From assembly GCF_009914755.1 (NCBI RefSeq), contig NC_060944.1: 64,000 bases of DNA; one strand, written 5' to 3'. The stretch's first letter is position 1. Each line of letters starts with the position of its first letter. Source of the DNA: the human T2T-CHM13v2.0 reference genome, Homo sapiens. Under the pieces are notes generated by a model, which saw only the letters and a program-made list of their open reading frames with translations, was not told the origin of the DNA and ran no database searches. The position numbers and the translations under genes are program-made. Positions 48,581-62,425 of this stretch are shown here, in pieces.

Positions 48581-50287
48581 TTGAAAGGAGCATAGGACCC
48601 CTGAGACCGGCCACAAAAGTGCCTGGAATTCTGCTGTGTGGGATGTGAGTGTTGTTGGGAAAGATCCCAGGGGAAGGAGGGCAAGAGGAGCCGGAGCCAT
48701 CTTCTTGGAGAAAGCCAGGCTCTGGCCAGGCCTGGGAAGGGAGACAGCAAGACAGTTTCCTCAAGTTAGAGAAATGGAAATGGCACAGAAGTGGGGCAGG
48801 GGAACCTGCAGCAGGGACTGAGAGGGACATGGTGAGGAGGCTGAGGTGGAGGCGTGGGCTTGGGACATTCTGATGCTGGAAGGGCTCTTACTCCAGGCGG
48901 AGTTCAGGTCACCCATGGGGAAAGGCTAGTCTGGGGCCATGATGCATCTTACTGAGCATTCTCCCCCATGGCATATGGTTGGAGTGGTTCCCTCCTGTGG
49001 ATCCTTCTGTGTGGCTGCTCCCGTTTTTCCCATCTGTCTCAGCACAGACCCCCAGGCAAGCCCTGGAAGGTGGGTGCTCACATTCCCATGCTACAGGTGA
49101 GGGACAAAGTTCAGAGACACAGGTGAATGGCCGGTGGCCAAGATCATTGGCACCGGGAGGCACTACCTACACCACCTCTCCTCTCTAGCACTTCCCTGTG
49201 GCAAATGCCCTGATCTGACAGCCTTCCTAGGTGGTTCTGACACTGATGGGCACAGTTCCTGAGTCAAAAGCCTGCTTTGCAATTCTTTGGGGCCAACTCT
49301 TTCATCCCAACCAGTGAGCGCTAGTTAGGCAAGCTGGAAAGCTGTAGGATGATCAAAATATGAACGTGCACCCACCACCAACACGTGAGGGCGGCTGCTG
49401 TCCTTCAAGTCTGCGTTGCCAAGGTAACTGGGGATTTGGAAGGGACAGCCAAGTGACATATTCTGCAAGCAGGGCTCGGCAATTATTGAAGAGTTGGCGG
49501 CTCAATCTAAAACGGAGGAGCCTTGAAGTTTGCAGAAGTGGAATAGAGGCATGGGGGGCTCTGGTGAGGGGCAGTGGCCGTGTTGCACTTTGTCACAGCA
49601 TCATTTAGGTGACACAGCCCGGGACTCCTGGGCCCTGACGAATCCAAAGGGTCCCCATTCCATGTCTAAGTGCCCATCGGACGGTTGAGTTGTGTGGTCC
49701 AGGGCTCTGCCGGCCCCGCCTCCTGGTTGCCCCATTTCCTTCATCCTCTCTCCACCTCCCTGGTGCCTTTCCTGAGTGTAAAACCCTCCAGCACCAAGAC
49801 ATCCCCATGTGCACTTGTATAAAGAGGAGGCTGTGGTTACGGTGACCTTCAAATGTCCTTGTTAAATGAAACAAAACCATTGCATGGTGCTTTTCTGTAG
49901 TCAACGAGTCGCTTTAGCTTTCAAACAACTGTAGTGTCTTTAACTTTATCTGAAGAACGTGAACCAGATCCCCAGAAAGAACATCCCTTTCAAAACCAGA
50001 AGTCTTAGGCTGTTAATGTGCCATAACCACTGGCTCCAAGCAATTCTTCAGTGCTGTGTAAAGGGTACATTCCATCTGTTCCCCATCTGGACTCCTTAGG
50101 TCGGTCCACTGGCCTGTGCCTTGTCCTTAGAAGGCTGGAGGCCTGTCCTCTGTAGCAGAAGGGAGATCAATGCAGCCCTGCCAATTAGCGGGGAATTAGC
50201 TCACACATCCCTTCATGTGCCGTGATGTTGACTCACGTGATCTGGATAAATGACTTAGGAAAAATGGTTCTAAAGATTTCACTGGGA

Positions 50288-51070
<783 letters not shown>

Positions 51071-51304
51071 AGAAGGATGCTTTAGCATAATTTTTAGAAC
51101 TTTTTTTGGAAGTATTTCTAGATTCACAGGGAAATTGCAAAGATAGCCCAGAAAGGTCCCTTCACTTGATGTCCCAAAGGTAGCCTTCAATTAACTGTAG
51201 GATGATGTCATCACAACCAAGACATTGACATTAGTCCAGTCCACAGATGTTAAGCATCCATTTTTTACTGAGGGCTCAGCTGTAAGTCAGAGAGACCCTC
51301 CCTT

Positions 51305-51480
51305 CCTCGCTGTTTGACTTTAAGCAAGTTTGCAATCATTCTGAGCCCAAGGTTTCTGTTTTCCACCTATGCAAAAGGGAGCGTGAGAATGCCGGGTAGG
51401 GGGTTGGGAAAATTAAATGAGATTGTATGAATGAAACTGGGCACGTGGCCTGCCTGACAAGTGGTAAGTGTAATTCCTCT
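51305..51480 (+). mobile_element. MIR
   Basis: GCTGTTTGACTTTAAGCAAGT...TCTGAGCC...AAATTAAATGAGAT...GTAAGTG. Confidence 0.6.
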
Positions 51481-54109
51481 TAACAGACTAACACCAGGGT
51501 GTGAAAACATAATCCATTCCAAGATCTGCTCCTCGGAAGGGTCTGAGGATGAGATACAGAGGATGCACGTGGTTTTGGAGTGAGTGCCTTGGCTGTGGGG
51601 TGCTGGGTCTCAGTGAGGTCTTGGGAATGCTCTGCTCTCACGGTCACTAACAGGGCAGCAGTGGCATGGAGTCCCCTTAATTGACAGACAACCACGTAGA
51701 GTCATCCTGTACTTCTCGCTGTAAATACCAAGCAGGATGGAATAGTTAGAGCCGTGACTTTCACAGTTATTGAAGTTAATCCAACATCCGAATCTGTGTA
51801 GGGAAGTCCTGAAGGTCATTAAGAAAATTCAGAACCTCATCTTCCCAAGCCAGCGGCTGCAGGGAGGTGGCCTGTGGGGCTTTTGGTCTTTAAATCCTCT
51901 GCCTCACCCCTATTGTCCAGTATAACCATCACACTTTCTGAAATCCACAAATGGAGGGGAGGGAGGTTACTGAAATGCTTCATTTAAATGCACTGATTCG
52001 ACAAAGAATTTTTCTAAGGAGCAGTAGAAAAATGGCCAGGACATTCTTTCCTGTTCCCACGGTTTAACCAACTCTACCCAAGGCTCCTGTGCTCAACTGT
52101 TCTTTGTTTCAATTCCCGCTGCAAGTTTTAGAGGTGAAGTGTCAACTCCAGGGATATTAAACAAAAATAAAAATGACTCAAAAATAGGTAGCATTGCTTA
52201 GAGCAGAGACAAATCATTCAAAGAAAATATCACACTATCACTGGCCTTTGTTTAAAGTGAAGAGTTAGGCAGATAAGGATTGTGTAGATAATTTTGTTGC
52301 AGACTTTTTTTACAAAGACTAATTTGACATTGTCCTGGGAAGCTGTCCCTTTGAATATTCAACAAAAGCAAGGATGCATAGGGAGAGATGGTGTTGAGCA
52401 TATTATTTTGCATAATTTATGCTCAGTGACAGCCACTGCCTGCTTCACTTCATCAGACATTTAGGGGGAGACTGCTCGATGCTTCAAATCTCATTAAGCT
52501 ATTTATTCATTGTAATGAATGATTTTAATGTACTGCATTAAGGTTATGCCACACTGAACTGTTAAAAAAATCCATCTTACTATACACATTTTAATGTTTG
52601 CAGCTAAATTAATACCTTTATGACTGCCTCAATGGTTGAATGGACACCATTTGCAGATGAATCACACTCTACACTCATCCCCGTTTTACCCAGTTCTGGG
52701 CCATGGCCTGATAGAGTTGTGATCATCTCTGTGTATCCATATCCGTGGACAGATAGATGAGTGATCGGGTTTGTGTGAACTCTGATAATTCACAGGCTTT
52801 CCCTTCCACGGCGCTCCCACCAACAACACCATCCTACAAACCCCCCTGCCCCCTCCCACCTGTTTTCACCCCTCCCTCGATCCATCAAGATGTCAGCAAG
52901 TTGCGATGATGAGAAGATAATATCTTTCGGGAGGATGAAAGGCAGTTCTAATAAAAAGCTGTCATTCACAAACTCAGACCCACTGTCACACGATATGCAT
53001 TTTAAAGACCATATGAACTGTTAAATGGCTCAATATGGCAGCCCGCATGGTTGTTACAACTTGGAGATCTTTCATGATGCTGAAAGAGGGTGTGGGACTT
53101 ATTGCAGCTTCGGCAAATGAAAGGTTTGAGGTTCTACAAAGAAATATGTCATCTGTGTTCTGTTGCATCCGAAGTATTTCTCCTGCCTCTGCTCAAGATG
53201 TCATCAGAAATACTCACCCTTAGCAGGGGAAGATGTGGGAAAATTTAGATGACATAAAAATACTGGAGTATCATCCTTTATAATCTAGCAAATATTTGAA
53301 AACTACAAGCTACGCAGCGTGACATAGTCCCTGTCTGAATTCGGCAGATGGAAATTCAGAGTGTTATTTTGCAAGGGAAGGTTATCTGGTCATAGGATGG
53401 CACATTTTAAATTTGGGAGAAGGAAGAGAGACCAGCTCCCCTAGCCTGTATGGAGTAGTGATCTCGAATGAGGCTCGGGGTGCCTGCGCTCCTTAATGCG
53501 TCTTCCAAAGAAGCTGTCAAGTGTCCTGCCTTGAAAGGTCACCAGGACGTTTGTGATTGACTCTTGATAGGAGTTGCTGCTTATTTCTGTAGATGATATC
53601 ACCAGGGCCCAATCAGGGACTCAAGTTCTGAAATGTAAGGAAGAATAAGTTCTTTGGGAGAAAGTAAGTGCAGAAAATCATAGACAGCTGTTTTGGGCTT
53701 GTCTTAGCCTGTGCGGAAATAATTAGTTCATTGCACATAACCTAGCAGTTTACGATTAACAAAAACATCCACTTAGCAAGGAGATTTTTTTTCAGTTTTT
53801 GAAGAGGATAAATGAACCAAGGAAAGAACATGTGACCCTTTCCCCATCCCTGCGTGCCTTCTCCCTTCTCAGGATGCCTTGAAGCTCAACAAAAACTGTA
53901 CACGCTATGATGGAACGCTGCTCTAAAGCCATAGGGCAGTCCGCAGAATGTCCCCCCTTGGAAGATTTGAGCCACCAGTTAACCCCCCCACCTAAGGAAT
54001 ATCAATTACTCACTTTCCCACCCCAATTTGGCCTTTGCATAATCTACTACCAGAGAAACACTTTGATCACATGACACCTTTCAGAAAACTATTTAAAAAG
54101 ATAACTGTT

Positions 54110-54420
<311 letters not shown>

Positions 54421-54831
54421 AAAAGATCACTGTTCTGAGCAGAAATGTTTAATGGAAAGGATACCTGATACCTGTGGCATCATGTTTCATTTAACTAGAG
54501 GCTTAAACGTAAAAATAAGAAATGAGAACTATAAACAAAGCTTACTTGATGCCTATTGACTGCCTGGCCGCCTAATGGAATGCTCAAATGCAGCAGCTCT
54601 AACTTATTATGGAAAGGTAGGTGGTGTGAGGTAGGGATCGTTTCTTCATCAGGATGAAGAGCAGAGCGAGAGAGCCTTATGCCAAGAGGAAAGGTGGGTG
54701 AAACACACATGGTGAACATGCACATGGAAGACCCTGGCATGGGGGACCCCTGGGAGTGGACCTCCCATGAGCAGGTGTTCCTGGTGTCTCTGCCATGGGC
54801 CCTCCTGAAAAGGCAGAGTAAGTGACACCTT

Positions 54832-55290
54832 CTATTGGCTTCCCAGGGCTGTTGTGACAAATTACTACAAACTAGGGGACTTAAAACCACAGGGACTTAT
54901 CTTTTCACAGTTCTGGAGACCAGAAGTCTGAAATGCAGGTGCGAGCAGGGCCATGTTCCCCCTGAAGCTTCCGGGGAGGCCCCTGCCTCACGTCTTCCAG
55001 CCTTGGGCGGCCATGTCATTCCAGGCTTTGCCTCTGTCTTCATGTGGTTCTCCTCGGGTGCACCTCCATGGCCTTCTCCCTTCTTGAGAGGTCACCTATC
55101 ATCAGAAATACTCAGTGCCAGGGAGTTAGAGCCCACCCTAAGTCCAGAATGATCTCATCCCAGGATCCTTAATGTCATTACATCTGCAAAGACCCATTTT
55201 TCCAAATAAGCTCACATTTCCAGGTAACTAGGGTTAGGATATAGACATGTTTTTTTGCAGAGGGGAGGACACAAGTCAATCGGTACACAG
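54832..55290 (-). mobile_element. MLT1C-like solo LTR
   Basis: TTCCCAGGGCTGTTGTGACAAATTACTACAAACTAGG...CACAGTTCTGGAGACCAGAAGTCTGAAAT...TACATCTGCAAAGACCC...TCCAAATAAG. Confidence 0.87.
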
Positions 55291-55328
55291 ACAAAAAAAA
55301 CCAATCACTGTGTATCATGGTGGGGGAG

Positions 55329-56878
55329 TGTATTAGTCACAGTTCTCTAGAGGGACAGAACTAATGGAATATATATAATTCATATATATATAATATATAT
55401 ATGAATATATATATGAATATATTATATATAGAATATATATGAATATATTATATATATGAATATATATGAATATATTATATATATGAATATATTTATGAAT
55501 ATATATGAATATATTTATATATGAATATATATGAATATATTATATATATGAATATATATGATTATATATGAATATATGTGATATATATGAATATATGATA
55601 TATATGAATATATGTGATATATATGAATATATGTGATATATATGAATATATGTGATATATATGAATATATATGGATATATATGAATATATATGGATATAT
55701 ATGAATATATGATATATATGAATATATATGATATATATGATATATATCATATATGAATATATATTCATATATATGAAGATATATATGAATATATATGATA
55801 TATATGAAATATATTATATATGATATATATGAATATGTATGAATATATATGAATATATATGAATATATATGATATATGATATATGATATATATGAATATA
55901 TATGAATATATGATATATATGATATATATGAATATATGATACATATCTATATATGATATATATGAATATATGAATATATGATACGTATGAATATATATGA
56001 TATATATGGATATATGATACGTATGAATATATATCATATATGTATATATGATATGATATATATATGAATATATGATATATATGAACATATATATGGATAT
56101 TATGAATATATATGATATATATGAATATATATGGATATATATGAATATATATGATATATGAATATATATGGATATATATGAATATATATGATTGATATAT
56201 ATCATATATGTATGCATATATGTGATATATATCATATATGAATATGTATGAATGTATATATTATATATGATATATATGAATGTATATGATATATGATATA
56301 TATGAATGTATATGATATATGATATATAAATATATGATATATATGAAGATATATGCATATATATGAAGATATATATGCATATATATGAAGATATATATGC
56401 ATATATATGAAGATATATATGCGTATATATGAAGATATATATGCGTATATATGAAGATATATATGCGTATATATGAAGATATATGAATATGTATGAGTTT
56501 ATTAAGTATTAACTCACACAATCACGAGGTCCCACAATAGGCCATCTGCAGGCTGAGAAGCAAGGAGAGCCAGTTCGAGTTCCAAAACTGAAGCACCTGG
56601 AGTCTGATGTTTGAGAGCAGGAAGCATTCAGCACGGGAGAAAGATGAAGGCTGAGAGGCTAGGCCAGTCTCTCTCTTCACATTTTTCTGCCTGCTTATAT
56701 TTTAGCTGTGCTGGCAGCTGATTAAATGGTGCCCACCCAGACTGAGGGTGGGTCTGCCTTTCCCAGCCCATTGACTCAAATGTTAATCTCCTTTGGTAAC
56801 ACCCTCACAGACATACCCAGGATCAGTACTTTGTATCCTTCAATCCAACTAGGTTGACACCCAGTATTAACCATCACA
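55329..56878 (-). mobile_element. MLT2A1 (HERV-L) solo LTR containing an expanded AT-rich tract
   Basis: Termini TGTATTAGTC...TCTCTAGAGGGACAGAACTA and CAGTATTAACCATCACA; 56495-56878 matches the MLT2A body. Confidence 0.9.
55368..56495. repeat. ~1.1-kb AT-rich (ATATATGA-type) microsatellite
   Basis: Direct reading; sub-domains with differing units. Confidence 0.97.
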
Positions 56879-57169
56879 GGTGGGGATATTGGGAATCACA
56901 CCAGGAGGAACCATGAGTGTAGAGACAGGGTCTCCCCACAGAGCATGGAACCCAGGTCAGCCCCAACTGAGACTAGCACCAATGGGGGTGCTAAAGATCT
57001 GGCCTCTTACTCAGGCCCTGGCAGGATAGAGAAGGCCGTGCTTCCACAGCGTGGTCTGGCATTTACTGTGCTGCTGTCCATCTGGAAGCTGGTGACCTGG
57101 ATGTGTGGTTTGTCCTGCAAACCAGTCTTTTCTGAACATCTGCCCCAATGTCTCAGCACTTCTCATCCC

Positions 57170-57720
57170 ACCCTCTGCGTCTTCTACCCTTTTCTTTCTA
57201 ATCCCTTAGTCTCTCTCTACCACATTCTAAACAGTTTCTTCTGACTTGCCTTCCAATTCACCAATTCTCTCATCAGCAATGTCAGCTCAGCTACTAATCC
57301 TACCCATTAAGTTTTAAATTATAAATTCTCTATTTTTCACTTCTGGGGGTTCTCTTTCATTAATTTTCAGCTTCTTTTTTTATACTTTTCTGTTCTTTGA
57401 AGTTATTTTCTAGGTCATTAAACAAATCTCTTTAAACATAATAAGCATAGGTATTTCAGACTCTAAGTCTGATCCCTCTCAGTCCTGATGTTTGCAGTTC
57501 TGATTCTATTGTCTGAGGTTTCTACTTGTTCTAGCTCATAGTGTAATCATATCTAACTCTGAGCTACTCGTTTGCCATGGGATATCACTGGTGAGAATCT
57601 TCCTACGATGAGGATGTGTGTCTCCAGGGAGGTTTTGCATTAGCGATTGCCAAGCCCTAGGGGCGTTTTCAGTTTGGAACTGCTTTAAACTGAGTTTGAA
57701 CTTGGGGTTCTACCGGCACC
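57170..57720 (-). mobile_element. Ancient L1M/HAL1-like fragment
   Basis: CTTCCAATTCACCAATTCTCTCATCAGC...TATTTTTCACTTCTG...TCTTTAAACATAATAAGCATAG resembles antisense L1 ORF1 region. Confidence 0.55.
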
Positions 57721-58643
57721 AACTAGGTGTGGTGAATGTGGCCTCCATCCTCTCCGAACAGTACTCCTACCCTCTGCTCCACTGAGCCACCTTCCCTAAA
57801 GCCTCTGGAAGTGGCAGGAGGAGGGACTAGGGTTTAACCTTATACGGAGGATGTGCACTTTGAAGTGGCAGCGTTCTGCGATCTGTCTCCTACAAGACCA
57901 TCCACCTGGATGGGCCCCAGGCTTTGTCTTCTTTCCCCACAACCAACCCCTTCCCTTCCCTTCCAAGACCATGAGATGAACGCTCAGATCAGGAGGTTGG
58001 CAAATCCCCTGGACAAGAACAGCTGAATTCATTGTGCCACTGACGAAATCCCCGCCGCCCCCCGCCCCCTTGGATTGTGGTCTCAAGAATTCTTGAACGC
58101 TTCCTGTCTGTTCAGCTCATCTTAGCCTTAATGCAGCATGTCCAGCTGTCCCTGCCTGCGTTGGTTCAAATTTCTGCCCTACCATATTGCCAAACGCGTG
58201 ACTAGCCTCCTCTGCAGGGACTGGTTCCTGCTCTCCTGCCTCCTCTCCCGTTATCTTCTGTTGCTGTCCACGCTGTATCCAGGCTGGCTGTAGCTTCTCC
58301 ACACGCCAGGTTCCCAGGCTCAGGATCGTCACAGATGCCTTTTCCACCAACGGGAATCACCATCTTCTCTTCGTGGGAGAAGCCGTACTCCCCTCCTGCC
58401 CACCTTTAAACTTTAACGTAGGTGTCATTTACTCAAAGAGCCCCCGAGTGCCCAGGCCTCCTGTTCACCTTGATCTCTGCACTTGGCATTTGCTATGTAG
58501 ATTGCAGCTGCGGTTCATGCATCATGTGGGTAAGGATTTAATGCCTGGCACCAGACTGGAGCTGAGCTGCAGGAGGTCAGGAGCCACAGTTGTCCTAGCG
58601 CCTGGGGACGCTCATGGATGTTTCTCCCGTGGCTCTGTGCTCA

Positions 58644-58782
58644 GCTATGCAGCTGTCGGCCAGGAGCAGACCCCCTACCTTGAAGCCTGAGCTGTCTGAG
58701 TAGTGACAAGGGTGTGTAGGGGTGAAGTTGACCCCTGTCTCATTGTTCGCCTTTCCTGGAAGAATAGACCACGTACCACTGC
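58644..58782 (+). repeat. Local duplicated segment, copy 1 (paralog 60810-60951)
   Basis: GCAGCTGTCGGCC...CCTTGAAGC.TGAGCTGTC...GTTGACCCC.GTCTCA...TTCGCCTTTCCTGGAAGA.TAGACCAC.TACCACTGC shared. Confidence 0.92.
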
Positions 58783-59771
58783 TGTTCGTTGTTGGGGAGG
58801 TCTTCAGCCCCTGTGGGTGCTGAGCCACAGTCGTGCTGTGCCTGGCCTCACAGCTCCTGGAAGGAACAAAACCTCTCGGTCTCCTCCAAAGGCATGGCCT
58901 CCCTGATGCTGACAGTGCTGCCCAGGATGACACCCACCCATCCATGACACCCTCCTCCAGACAGGAGACATTGGATAAGTGGATTCTCACCTCCCAGCCA
59001 CCTCTCTCTCTAGGTCAACTTCTTACTCACCAGTGGTTCCACTCTGCCTTCCCCCAGCCTTCCCTGCGGAAGCCCTGGCATGCACTGAACCCGTACTGTA
59101 AGCTCTTTCCTTCTGGTGGAATGATGCGGGGGGCCTGGCCTTGAGGTCTTTGATGGGAAGATGGAGGCGGTTTGGCACCATGAGGTTAGAGAGGCTGGGT
59201 TACCTGGCTCTGCCCTTCCTAGAGAACTGCACATGGATTCTTTTATCTCTGAAATGTGTTATGTTCCCCTGGGGGTGACGGTGTCTTCTCATCGGATTGT
59301 TTCAGGGTTAAGCAGGAGAGTATTGCCAAGCACTCATCACTGTGCCTAGCACACCGTCAGGTAAACCATTGCTGTCCTCGATATTTTGTGCCTTCAGGAA
59401 ACAGAGAGAGGTGACCCTGCAGGTTCCAAAGGTGCTTCCTGAGAGAGGTCAAAGTTGGACCTGAAGGGTGAGGCAGATGTTCCCCGGAGCCCGGGGGGAG
59501 GAGGCGTCAGGACCGGCCCCAAGACCACACTCCGGGTCAATACATGTAGATATGTAAGCTGCCCATGGGAGGAACTCCCGCGAGTTCTGTTACCAATTTT
59601 CCACGTCTCTGAGATGAGTTTACATTACTGGGTTGGATTCTTTTTATATTTTGCAATTTTGTTTAAAAATTATAAAAATAAAATATATTCACAATTAAAA
59701 GAAAGGAAAATCCTGCAGTTCAGGATGCTGGAAGGTAAAAGATACTCACCTCTTCTCTAACCCCCCTAATA

Positions 59772-60246
59772 TGACACACACACACACAGACACACACACA
59801 CAAACCCACACACAGATCCATATATACATGCAGACAGCCACACAAACACACAGAGGCACACATACAGCCACACAAACACAAACACACAGCCACACAAACA
59901 TACACATACATATACACACAGCCACACAAACACACACAGAGGCACACATACAGCTGCACAAACACAAACACACAGCCACACAAACATACACATACATATA
60001 CACAGCTACACAAACACACAGAGACACACAGCCACACAAACAGAGAAACACACAGCCACACAAATATATACATACATATACACACACAGCCACACAAATA
60101 TACACAGAGGCACACATATAGCCACACAAACAGAAACACACAGCCACACAAACATACACACAGACACATACAGAGACATAGACACACGCACATTTGGCCA
60201 CACAAACACACACAGACAAAAAGATACACACAGACACACAAACACA
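59772..60246. repeat. CA-rich minisatellite with recurring CAGCCACACAAA motif
   Basis: Direct reading. Confidence 0.92.
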
Positions 60247-60559
60247 TCCCGATGTCCTGTTTGAGTCTGTGCTCAGGTACGTAATTAATCATCACAGTGG
60301 CTCGTGGCTCAATCTTGTCATTGGTCCACGCAAGCCTCTATTTTATAAATGTGTTTTTAATCACTCCACGGTGAAGCTTTTCCGCAGTGAGAGCACCAGA
60401 CAAGCCCGCACCGGCCCGTGGCCCTGCCCCTTCCTTCCCACTCCTTCCCGGCCCCACCCCCCTCTGGCCCCGCCCCAGGTCTCCACTGCCGCCCAGATCC
60501 ACTGTCTCTGTTCCCTGCTTTGCTTTCTAATGCAGTTTCATCACATCTGTGTGTTTAGC

Positions 60560-61660
60560 TAAAAGGTATCTCTATTTTTGGTTTGGGTTGTTTAAATTGT
60601 AATAAATGGGTGTCTATAATTTGGGGGCACTTAACAGTTTTGCATTCAATGTTGATAAGATTTATAAAGCAAACATTTTGGCCACCATATGGTATACCAC
60701 TGTTTGAACTCCACAGTTTACCATCCTGCAGGGTGGAGACGGCAGGGCTGGCTGTTTCTTTGCAGTTAGAATGTGCGTGGTCCACATTTCTGCAGGCTCA
60801 CAGGCAAGGGCTGTGCAGCTGTCGGCCGGGAGCAGAGCCCTGCCTTGAAGCTTGAGCTGTCGGAGTGGTGGTGGGTGGGGGTAGGGGGGTGTGGGGTTGA
60901 CCCCCGTCTCACTTTTCGCCTTTCCTGGAAGAGTAGACCACATACCACTGCCCTTCATCGGCTCCAAAGTGGGGTCCCAATTTCTGCCCCTACAGCCCCT
61001 ACAGCTGCACTGTGCGGCGAGCCACTTCCTGTCCCAGAAGTGGTCTCATGTCATACTTGGAAGCCTGAGCCCTCGAAGGGGTGCAGGATGATACCGTGAC
61101 CCTTCTCCGATTTGCATCTTCCTGATAGCACATTAGGTTTAACATCCCCTCATAGGCTCCACTGGCCGTGAGTGTTGCCTGTGACATGCCCATTCATACC
61201 TTCTGCCCATGCTTCTATTCTGTCGTTAGCGTTTTTAAAACAACTCGGGGGTACTCTGTATTGTGCTACAGCTTGATTTTTAAAGCTAGCACAGACAGCA
61301 GGGGGATGCTGGCTACATGTGTATGGTTTGTGTATACATGTGTATGCGTGCGCAAATACATGAGTTACATTTTTATCGTGTGCTTTTTTCATTTAACAAC
61401 ATCTCTTAGAGCTGTTTCATGAAAACAAAGTACATCTAAAACGTAACTTCAATTATGCCGTTGTGTGAGCATAATATACTATATTTAAGCCCTTATATTC
61501 TGTTTCGATTTTTTTACATTGTAAACTGCTTTGTGATAAACAGCCTTGAAGTCCAATCTTTTCACATTTGAATTTTTCTCTCCTTAGGAGATATTTTAAG
61601 TAAGAGAAGCATGGAGTCAAAGGACATATTTTAAAAGCTTCCTTTTATGTATGGCTAAAC
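60560..61660 (-). mobile_element. Highly diverged L1M relics
   Basis: CTCCAAAGTGG, GATTTGCATCTTCCTGAT, CATTCATACCTTCTGCCCAT, TGCTTTTTTCATTTAACA in antisense L1 order. Confidence 0.5.
60810..60951 (+). repeat. Local duplicated segment, copy 2
   Basis: See copy 1. Confidence 0.92.
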
Positions 61661-61989
61661 TGATCAAGGTTTTTTGCTGGTGTTTGTTTTTGTTTTCTGA
61701 GAATGCAAACGGCTAGAGGCTGTTCTGCCAGTGGGCTGAAGTCCGTCAGCCCACAGTCCCCAGGCCCAGCCATGGCTGTGCACCTGTGTGCACTCGGAGG
61801 GGCAGGGAGGGGTGGGGGTGCAGGCTCTGCCTCCTCTTGCTCTTGGGCGGCTCGTTCCTGGCTTTTCCGCCTTGACCATGTGGCGGCCTGTCTCAGATGT
61901 TCTTTATCTTATCACATGGCATGTCCATGTGCCGCTGGGCATTTCTGGCACTTCGCACAGCTCCTAAACATCTGTTTGTCCCTGTGGTT

Positions 61990-62100
61990 ACACATATCGC
62001 CCCCTTGTAAAAGTGAGCATGTCTTTCTGGTCCACTACAGTATTTCTCATACCTAATTCCAATGCCTGGCACACAGTAGGTGCTTTAGATATTTGTTGAT
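61990..62100 (+). mobile_element. L2 3' terminus
   Basis: AATGCCTGGCACACAGTAGGTGCTTTAGATATTTGTTGA. Confidence 0.75.
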
Positions 62101-62229
62101 TGGATTTGACAAATCCAATGTATGATTTGATTTGTATGATTGAATTTGAATGTATGATTGGATTTGACAAAGGATAGAGAAAAGACTGGGAGAACGCCTC
62201 CCAGCGTCTTCATTGTTGTTCTATAGATC

Positions 62230-62425
62230 GACGCTTCTCAACTGGGCCAGGAACACACGGCGATGTCTGGAGGCATTTTTCGTTGTCACATCAGGGGGTG
62301 AGAACAATTGGCACCTGGTGGGTGGGGGCTGGGGGTGCTGCGGAACATCCTGCTGTGCAAAGGGCAGACCCCACAACAAAGGATCCTCCCCAAAGTGCCC
62401 ATAGCACCATGTCTGGGAAACCCCG
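62230..62425 (+). mobile_element. MER20 whose 3' end seeds the adjacent VNTR
   Basis: TTCTCAACTGGG...GGCGATGTCTGGAGGCATTTTTCGTTGTCACA...AACATCCTGC...CCCCACAACAAAGGAT...CAAAGTGCCCATAG...GGGAAACCCC. Confidence 0.85.

Noticed and set aside
55562-56521. Ile/Tyr/His-rich ORFs
   Set aside because: Translations of the AT-rich microsatellite
59720-60295. Cys/Val-rich ORFs resembling metallothionein or keratin-associated proteins
   Set aside because: Translations of (TG)n-type repeat
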